The position numbers and the translations under genes are program-made. Under the pieces are notes generated by a model. It searched no databases and was not told where the DNA came from. It saw nothing but the letters and a program-made list of their open reading frames with translations. Of a stretch of DNA of 64,000 bases, positions 10,696-19,683 are shown piece after piece. The stretch spans positions 868,001 to 932,000 of the forward strand of contig JADEYG010000009.1 in assembly GCA_016906335.1 (NCBI GenBank), in the 5' to 3' direction. The number at the start of each line of letters is the position of its first letter. The first letter of the stretch is position 1. Source of the stretch: Novakomyces olei (lineage: Eukaryota).

Positions 10696-10935
10696 TTATT
10701 CTTCAGCTAGAGCGTCTAGAGCGTCACAAGCATCACGAAACCTTTGGTCAAGCGCAAGAGTGTCGCCGTTATGCCTTTCGAGCCACTCGCGAGCAGTTTG
10801 TCCGGGATCTCTATCTCTCTCCGCTGTCAGTTCAGTGAGCGGGTGCAATAGCCCTCTGCCCTCATTGTACGATAACGATGCACGCATCGAGACCAAGTCC
10901 GACATGATTTGTGCCACATTTAGGCCGCGGTCCAT
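10696..10935 (-). CDS. Small hypothetical protein (79 aa)
   Basis: ATG-initiated ORF with helical, protein-like composition (NVAQIMSDLVSMR...) in its own slot between NGS1 and ALE1. An upstream exon is possible (in-frame TAG acceptor at ~10966). Confidence 0.45.
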   Translation of the reverse strand: MDRGLNVAQIMSDLVSMRASLSYNEGRGLLHPLTELTAERDRDPGQTAREWLERHNGDTLALDQRFRDACDALDALAEE

Positions 10936-11264
10936 CGTTTGGGATTCGATCAGTGTGGCCTTTTGCTATTCTTGTCATATATCTAGTGCCGATCACATGT
11001 ACAAAACCTAACCCTAACCCTAACATTGACTATATTTATTTCACGTACATACGGAGAATGCAATCCCACGTCTTTTCACAACGGCCCAAAATATCCTGCT
11101 ACTACAATATTCCCCTCCTATTAATATTTATTATTATTTATTAATATTTATTAATATTTATTAATATTTATTATTGTTTAGTGTTGAATCCAACGTAGAA
11201 TTGTCCATATGACGTCTCGACGAGTCTCGACTTGAGCGCCAATCGCCGCATAAACAGCATAAAA

Positions 11265-13263
11265 ATGATACACGCGCTGCACGCGCTGTTGGCGGCGGCA
11301 GCGGCGCGCATCGGTCTCGCGCCTGATCCATTTAAGCTTTTGTTCTGTATGATCATAGCGTTTCCGTTATGTGCCGTTATGAAACGTCTGCCTGACAACA
11401 ATTTTGCTCTGCGTATTGCTTTCTCCACAAGGTAACAAGATCTTGGCTGGTCAATTTTCTGGGGACTTTATGCTCTCAGTCTAGAGTTAATGAAAAAAAA
11501 AAAAATTAAAAAAAAAAATTCAAACTTGTGTGTCTACGCGGTATCTAACCTTTGCCAGTGTCTCTCTCTTCTATCTTATTGGGGTTTTCAACTTGTGGAG
11601 GGGTCTCGCAACATTGTGCATAGACGCTGTTGCCACTTATACAATTGCGGCTAAAGTACGATCGCCGTTGATGCCATGGCTCGTTTTCTTGTTCCTTATG
11701 GCGCACGTCGTTTATAGGTATTGCCTAGACTTTCCAATTGCTGATGTATAGTCATCTCATACGCCAACGGCTTAATGACGACGATATTGTCGATATTACT
11801 GGCGCACAAATGGTGCTGGTAATGAAGCTTTCTGGTTTTGCGTGGAACGTTTACGATGGCCGTGTCCCAGCAGACGTAAGACATATTATGTTTGTTTGTT
11901 TGGGTTTTCATACTAAATTCACGAACACTAGAAACTATCTGCGAGACAACGTGACCGTGCCTTGCTTCGGCTTCCTCGAATACTCCACTATATTGGATTT
12001 ATCTTTTTCTTTCCAAGTCTTCTTATCGGCCCCTCGTTTGATTATGTCGAGTATCGTCGCTGGCTTGATCTCTCAATTTTTGATGTCCCAGCAAGCACCA
12101 TAGCTATAGGCCATTTACGTCGCAATGCAAGGCGCAAAATATTTCGGTCTGGCAGACGATCTGCTCGTACTGCTGCGCAAGGACTAATATGGCTTTCGCT
12201 CTTTTTTGCACTCTCTCAACGGTACAATGTGCAAACGGTCCTTGATCCAAATTTTAAAGCAAGATCATTTGCTAACAAACTTTTGTATCTCTATTTACTC
12301 GGATTAGCCCACCGTACAAAATACTATGGAGCTTGGGCTTTAACAGACGGAGCTTGTATACTCAGTGGCATCTCTTTTAATGGCTTGGATGCGCATGGGC
12401 TACCGCGCTGGGACCGAGTAGTAAATGTAAAGCCATTGCGACTTGAACTAGCTCAGAATACAAAGGAACTATTAGACGCATGGAATATAAATACTAATCG
12501 GTGGTTGAAATATTGTGTTTACCTACGCGTCACTCCACGTGGAAAACTGCCGGGTACAAAGAGCAGCCTCGTCACATTTACAACCAGCGCTCTGTGGCAC
12601 GGAACCCGTCCTGGATATTTTCTGGCGTTTATCACTGCAGGCTTTACTCAGGTTCTCGCAAAGGGTAAGATTATTATTTTTCATTTTAGTTATCACATTG
12701 CTCTTTCTATTGTTAGTTTTTAGTTCAACATTTTTGTCGTACTCAGTGTATTGTGTTTCATTCTCTAATATCTTACAGCTTTCCGTCGCGCAGTTAGGCC
12801 GCTGGTCTTAACGCCGGACCAGGAGCATGCAACATGGGTAAAAGTGCCTTATGATATCATGAGCTGGCTCGCTACACAGATAGCTTTTGCCTACATAGTG
12901 CAGCCTTTTATTATACTGGGCTTGAAAGATTCACTAGTGTTTTGGTCTCGGTATCGGGTAAGGGGACGCAGAAAATTATTGCCTTCTAAACCTTTTTAGT
13001 TTTTCGTTCATATCGGATTGGTACTGCAGTATGCTTTCTTACGATCTCCGCTTCGATCACTTCTCTATGCGGCACAGAAGAATTACGTTAAAAAAGAAAG
13101 CAAGTCTCAAACTCCAATTCATTCGTCGGCTTCAGCGAATGACGTCAAAGCTGCGCGAAATGCTTCTCATAATTCGTCAAAGCCGACGATTGAAGCCACC
13201 GGCTTAGATGCAGAAAATATAGAGCAAGAGCTGCATAGGACACCGCATTTGAAGTCTAAATAG
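11265..13263 (+). CDS. ALE1: Lysophospholipid acyltransferase (MBOAT family), 6 exons
   Basis: Introns 11432-11558, 11718-11751, 11876-11931, 12665-12778, 12958-12999 join in frame. Motifs DITGAQMVLVMKL, GPSFDY, WNINTNRWLK, SALWHGTRPGY. Confidence 0.93.
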
Positions 13264-14573
13264 AATTTTAAAAGAGAAAGAAAAAGAGTTTTAAAAGAGA
13301 AAGAAAAACAAAAATACACGACTGAATATTAATATATAAATGATGATTATGACCAGACTTATTTTTCGTCAAGGGCGATTGAAGCGTATTAATTGATTCA
13401 ATTTTGCTATTTAATGTTCTCAATGTATAGAGGTAAAGCCAAGACAGCGTACCATCAACGGCAATTAAAAGAGCCGGAAATCATATTTATTTTGGTCAAG
13501 AAAAAGTCAGGATTTCACCTAAATGTAACAATTCATGGTATTTAGACAATTAGATAAGTTGAATTTTCAAATTGGCGTAAAGCTGAACATATCTTGCAAA
13601 ACCGTATCATTATGCAATGTGAAATACAGTATATTTTGACTAAACAATGTGTTCATTCGAGCCTCGATTACCACTTTCTGCTCGTATTTATCAAAATTGC
13701 GCTGGTTTGTTTCCTATATATATTTAATGTATTTAATTAAAACTGCAGCCATTAACTAAATAATGTAATAATGATGGCTGTAAACTAATGTAATAATTGT
13801 AGTCTATGTAATAATTACAATGTAATAATTACAGTAAATGTTATCGTTGCAGTAAACAATGCGCGGCCCACGCAAACAATGTACTCAAATTGCGGAGCAA
13901 AAAGCAAACAAGAAAGAATTGGAAATCAGCCAAAGGAAAAGATTAGAAAATGGCACGGAAAATGCTTTTTCTTTTCAATCCCGTTTTCCTGACGCGTGAC
14001 TTTTCGGAGACGCGTAAATCGCTAAACTTGTTTACACAATTTTTTGACAGCAACATCTTTTTGACATCTCGGAGAACAGTTTCGTGACAGCAAAAAGGGG
14101 TATAGCAAAGATATAAAGAGGATGGCCCCGTCAGCTCAGACAAGAGAGTCATTGGGTGCTGAAGGCTTTGGAAAGGCCCATTGTGCTGTGTTTCGAAACC
14201 TTGGTTTGATTGTGATTAAATTGGAAGAACAAAAGACTCGTCCGTCCAAAGTCAAGTTTTGCCAGAAAGCAACACTCAAATTATAGCGTCGTTGGATCAA
14301 TCAATTGGGAGTGACATCTGGCCGTAGGTTACGCCGTTGGACTATTCTTATCGGGCTGTGCGCCTTTTGTACGAGTGAGGAGGGAAAAGAGCGTCTTGAT
14401 TATTTTGTGAAGACCGTCAGAAACTTGTTGCACTTCTCCAGAATTATACTCAACATCTTTGGTAGACCTGCCAAGTATTTCGGCTCCGTCTAACGTTCAG
14501 AAGCATACAATCTTGCTATTTTTCTCGTCAATTATTACTGCCGCAGGCTTATATAGAAGTATTAGCTGCTTCT

Positions 14574-16561
14574 ATGGATTTCCCTTACAATGCACCCACG
14601 TCTAGTGGACCGCCTTTCCCCATGACACGCTCTGGCGCAGAGCCTTTGGGTGAAAACCGTCGACGGCTTTACCCGAGACTCAAGGACTCGATCGGGGACG
14701 CTGCCCAGTTGAACGCCTACACTGACCAGGAAAGACAATTGCCGCCACTTTTCTGGCCGGCTTCACGTGGCCAGGGCAGTCAGTCTCGGGGGTTCGACTC
14801 GCACCCTTCTTCGAGAAACCCGGCCGTTGAAAATATTGTGGAAGCACCTCAGAGAGCGGTTATCGTGCTAAATGCTTTATTAAATGGTCCTGCCCGTGAA
14901 TGGCGCACCTATGCTTCTGTATGTATCAGTTATAAATCTTTTTAAATTTTTTTATTAGTCAATTAATTAATTAATTTATTTATTAATTTATTTATTTATC
15001 AATTTATTAATTTATCTATAACTTTATTAATATCTCTGTTACATTTTCACCCTTTGACTTTTATTTTGAACGCATATAATCCTCAGCCGCCTCTGACCTT
15101 TAGCGATTCGGTGATATAAATTGCTTTTGGAGCATAACACATGGCCGTTACGGAGACAGTGTTGTCGTTTTGTTTTATGATTATCGTAGTGCCAAGCAAA
15201 TGTGCCGGGCGCTTGATTCTCTGCCTATTCGAACAGAACGAGCGGCGAATGCTCATTTTGTCCCATTTGAAGGTATGCAAGAGCTAGTCTACGATGCAGA
15301 TGTGCCACTTCAATGGGACGTTATATCAGCAAGAGGGCTCGTGACAGTTCGTGCGTCTTCTCCACTGGCAGTGCCAAAGATCAAAGAGATTCTTTTGTCA
15401 TTTGGACCTCTATTGTACTGTAAGGCAGCAGCCAATCTACAATACTTTAAAGCCGAATTTATGGATATTCGTGATGCCAGAGTATGTGCATGCGAAGCAG
15501 CCAGCATTTTCAAGGCAGACTACCATATTACAATAGCGCTTTCGGAACCTGCGCAGCAGACAAGTGCAGGATCAGAGGCCAATCCAAATCTTGCCGTTCG
15601 GCAGGAGAGCCTTCTGGAGCCTCTTGGCCAACAGCCTAGACAAGAGACTTTTACAGGCCATCAGTTTGTGAGACGCAGGCTGCCTCTCGCTGAAATCCGT
15701 GGGGAAAGCAATGTACAAAAGGCTCGGGAGAATGATGCTTATAAACCGTGGACTGAAAAACCGCGGACTGACAAATCGTGGGCTGACAAATCGTGGAGCG
15801 AAAAACCGTGGAGCGAAAAGCCGTGGAGCAATGGCTCTCTGAATAGAAAAAATCTGAAAAAAGAATTGATTGATATAGACTCTGAAACTAGTGCTAATCG
15901 CATTTCTAACACAAACTGGAAAGAGCCTGCACTGAGCCATGGAATTTCCGCAGACAAGCAGCCTGGTTGGACATCTAATGTTAAAAGCATCAAACCGGCT
16001 ACTGGAGTTGAACCCGCTAAATCTACAGGCGAAAACGAGATAAACCTCGAACTGCTTGAGCTAGGGGTTGAGACGCGTACAACAGTCATGATCAAAAACA
16101 TCCCCAACCGTCTTTCTCAGCAGCAGCTTCAGCACTGGCTGAACGTGACGTCAGCCAGACATTACGATTTCCTGTACCTTCGTATGGATTTCGCAAACAG
16201 GTGCAATGTGGGCTATGCCTTTGTTAATTTTGTAGCGGCCAGCGACGTTGTGCATTTTGTGCGTTGCCGTATGGGACAGGCCTGGAATTACATGTTTTCC
16301 GAAAAAGTTTGCAGTGTTAGTTGGGCAAACATGCAGGGCAAAGAGGCACTCGTGGAAAAGTTTCGAAACTCTTCGGTCATGGACGAGGAGGAGTCTTACC
16401 GGCCCCGTATTTTTGTTTCCCGTGGTGCAGCCCAGGGCGATCCTGAACCGTTTCCCCTTCCAAACGATCTGTCTCGAAAGATCAAATCCATCGTGAATGC
16501 ACAACAGCTCGGCCTGTTTAGTAGTCGCAACCGCGCTGTTAAGGATGGAGATGATAAATGA
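14574..16561 (+). CDS. mei2: Mei2-like meiotic RNA-binding protein (two N-terminal RRMs plus C-terminal RRM3)
   Basis: Intron 14919-15103 joins 14574 ORF to 15170 ORF (ASRFGDI...FYDYR). RRM3 signature TRTTVMIKNIPN...YDFLYLRMDFANRCNVGYAFVNF...QGKEALVEKFRNSSVM. Confidence 0.88.
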
Positions 16562-16946
16562 GCAATAGACGGTTATAGTACTTTTCAATCATATTATTCA
16601 ATTGATTAATAAATTTCCATTTTCATTCGTTATTATTACTCAATCGTTCAATTCAATTCTTTTATAATCGCCAATCTTGGCTCAATGCCGATCCGTCTCG
16701 TCACAATGCCCGTGCAATTTGCATTGGGCGTGTAACGCGTAACGCGAAACGCGTTACCGCGTTTAGCATCAGCTCCATATCTACGTCATACTGCTCCGAG
16801 CGACAAGGACCGCCGGCCCACACCTATTTCATGGCAGCGCAAGTACATATAGACAAACGTTACTGCTAGTAATTACACCTGACCAATTCTACGCTAAACA
16901 CTACACATCAAACGTCACACGTACACTCTAGTGAAGCACACGTGCC

Positions 16947-18113
16947 TTACTTTTTCGAAAGATCAAGGACAATTCGGCCTGCTAGAGCACCGGCTTCCAT
17001 CTCCTTGTACACGTTTGTCAGGGTTGAAAAAGGCTCAATGCGCATGTGCGGCGCCACGAGTCCACGGGCGGCAAAGTCCAGTGCCTCCTCCGTGTCTGCA
17101 CGGTTTCCGACATAACTGCCCTTGAGCTTGAGGCATTTTACAGTAAACCAAAACATATTGGCCTGTAGTGTAGCTTCGGCAGGGAGAGAAATAGTAACAA
17201 CTGAGCCCAGCGGCCTCGAGTACTCGCAAGCCTGAGAAAAGGCCTTAATATTGGTAGCGAGAACCAGCGATCCATGCGGCCCACCGCCAGTAACGTCCTG
17301 GATAGCCTTGACCAGGTCCTTGTGCTCTGCAAAATCAAGGAAAGCTTCGGCTCCCAGACTGTTGCACAGATTCTTCTTGTCCTCGCCGTGGTCAATCGCG
17401 ATTACACGCATGCCCATGGCTTTAGCGTACTGGATGGCCAAATGGCCCAGTCCTCCACCAGCGCCAGAGATACAGATCCACTCGCCCGGACGCACTTCAG
17501 AGACCTTGAGGCCCTTGTAGACAGTCAGGCCAGCACACAGAATAGGGGCGGCTACTGCCAGGTCCAGGTCGTCGGGGATATGAGCCATTTGCGAGCCCTG
17601 GCCCAGAGCGTACTCCTGAAACGTCCCGTCAATAGTGTACCCGGAGAGCTCCGCCTTGGCACAGTTGGGCTCATGGCTTCTCATGCAAAATTCGCAGGAC
17701 AGGCAAGATCCGTTAAGCCATTTAATGCCCACACGATCACCGACCTTGATGTTGTTCACGTCCTTGCCCACTTTGACTGCAATCCCGGCTCCCTCGTGGC
17801 CGCCGACAAGAGGCAGTTTGAGAGGCAAGGGCCAGTCGCCTTGCCAGGCGTGCAAGTCGGTATGGCAGACACCAGAGTACTTGATATTCACCAGCACTTG
17901 GTCATCCGCCGGTTCAGGGACGGGGATACGTACAATCTCAATAGGGCCCTTGTTCTCCTTAAACTGAGCTCCCCATTGTTCTTTGGGAATGGATACTGAA
18001 GGCATATTGCACTTGGCACTAGTCGTCAATGGCGAAGCGCAATAGACAGATGCGCGCTGCGGCTTTAATGTACGTGGAAAGATGGGTAATAGCGCTGCCC
18101 CTCTTTTAAACAT
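16947..18113 (-). CDS. Zinc-dependent alcohol dehydrogenase (yeast ADH1/ADH3 type) with probable mitochondrial presequence
   Basis: GVCHTDLH, GGHEGAG, structural-Zn cysteines CLSCEFC...C, APILCAG, GAGGGLG, GSYVGNR. First ATG 18113, second in-frame ATG 18005. TATA-like TATAAAA at ~18160-18166 on the minus strand. Confidence 0.95.
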   Translation of the reverse strand: MFKRGAALLPIFPRTLKPQRASVYCASPLTTSAKCNMPSVSIPKEQWGAQFKENKGPIEIVRIPVPEPADDQVLVNIKYSGVCHTDLHAWQGDWPLPLKLPLVGGHEGAGIAVKVGKDVNNIKVGDRVGIKWLNGSCLSCEFCMRSHEPNCAKAELSGYTIDGTFQEYALGQGSQMAHIPDDLDLAVAAPILCAGLTVYKGLKVSEVRPGEWICISGAGGGLGHLAIQYAKAMGMRVIAIDHGEDKKNLCNSLGAEAFLDFAEHKDLVKAIQDVTGGGPHGSLVLATNIKAFSQACEYSRPLGSVVTISLPAEATLQANMFWFTVKCLKLKGSYVGNRADTEEALDFAARGLVAPHMRIEPFSTLTNVYKEMEAGALAGRIVLDLSKK

Positions 18114-19199
18114 ACAGTGTCTACTGACAAACAAACGTTTGCCGGCGCCAGAGCCCTGGCTTTTATACAGTTCCCTGCTAATTGCTATTCCTTTTGTTTT
18201 GCGATTCTTATTGTCTCTAAGCTCTCCAGTTTTCCGTTTCTGTCAGAATCGTGGGCTAATCCAAACACTATGACGTTGCGCATTGCCGTAAATGTCGGGT
18301 CGGCTGTCTTTTGCCCCCGAGATTTGCCGGTACAATACTCTGCAGCGAAAAACACGTGACATATTGTATGGGACTGATAAGAGCGCGATCTGGGACGACA
18401 AGTTTGCAAGTAACATGCGAGCGTTGATAATGAAGGCTTATCCATATAATTAAATAGAGAAAAACGGGCGATTGGCAAGACTCAAATGAAAAAGATAATG
18501 CTTTATTACAAGATAATATTACAAGACGATAGTTTATCAAGATAATGGCTTACTACAAGATAGTGTTTTATTAAAGATAATAGGTTTATTTAAAGTTTTA
18601 TTACAAGAGCTGGGATTCGCTGCCGGCCGCTCCAGCGAGTAAGGCTTAGAATATAAACTTTAATGCAGTCGAAAGAGAATTACAATGAAGCACGGAGAAA
18701 GCCGATTGCCCAATAAAGCTTATGTAAATCCAGAAGAGTAGTCTGCGATACAATTGCAACAATCGCTATAATTGCAGTACAATGCAATTTAATAGCAATA
18801 CAATAGCAATACAATAGCAATACAATAGCAAATAGATCCGCAGTGGGCACGATTCAATAGGAAAGCAGTGTATTGGCTGTTTGTATTTCGTGCAGGTACA
18901 CGGCACAGGCACTACTATCGGGTAATATTACGCGCGCGGCGACAAGTGGGCGGAGCCAAGGGGCAATTTTCCACGGCCGAGTACAATCTCAAAGCACGTG
19001 ACATGATAATTTCTTTTGGTAATATGGCAATCGGATCCATCGGCGTGGCGAGACACTGAAAGAACGGGCAAAGATCATGTGATCCCGTGTTTGGAGTCGA
19101 ACGGTGGCGGAGAAATTATTGAAGAACCGGTCGAGCCTGACCATTACTTGTTGTCTTGCAACACGTGATTGCTTGGGCATCTTGTGGAGGTCTCCAGAC

Positions 19200-19357
19200 T
19201 ATAATTGTAGAAGCCAAGTTATACATAACCCTAACCCTATCATCAAACACTTTTTTTTGCCTGGTGAATTGGTGTGCCAGTTATAATTGAATAAAGCCAT
19301 GATATACATAACCCTAACCCTAAACTCAAATACTTTTTTTTGCCTGGTGAATTGGTG
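19200..19357. repeat. ~82-bp tandem duplication containing TAACCCTAACCCTA
   Basis: 19200-19274 and 19282-19357 share ...TATACATAACCCTAACCCTA...CTTTTTTTTGCCTGGTGAATTGGTG. Confidence 0.9.
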
Positions 19358-19683
19358 AGGCGGCATGGATTATGGAGCCTATATTGAACTGTGGCAGCAT
19401 CAGCAAAAGGCATAATTACACATTAGACAGGCTACAATATAGATAATGTGTGAGTATTGCATGCCGATATTGTCAACGTTGTGGACAGCGCGTCGACATC
19501 CTTACATCTACAATCAAGCTACAGATTCGTACAGCAAAAAGAATTAAACCAGTTTCATTCCAAAGCTAAACAAGGCTAAACGTGTCTATTCCACGTAGTA
19601 TTAGGGTATCGATAACGAACAAAAGGCAAAAGTATAATAGTGACAGTAAGCACGGCTAAAGTACAGATTTCAGTCTGTCCACA

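Noticed and set aside
5247-13263. Apparent frameshifts/pseudogenes in DAC1, NGS1 and ALE1
   Set aside because: Every break is bounded by canonical splice signals that restore the frame.
17274-17999. 241-aa antisense ORF over ADH
   Set aside because: Shadow ORF expected from biased codon usage; no recognisable motifs.
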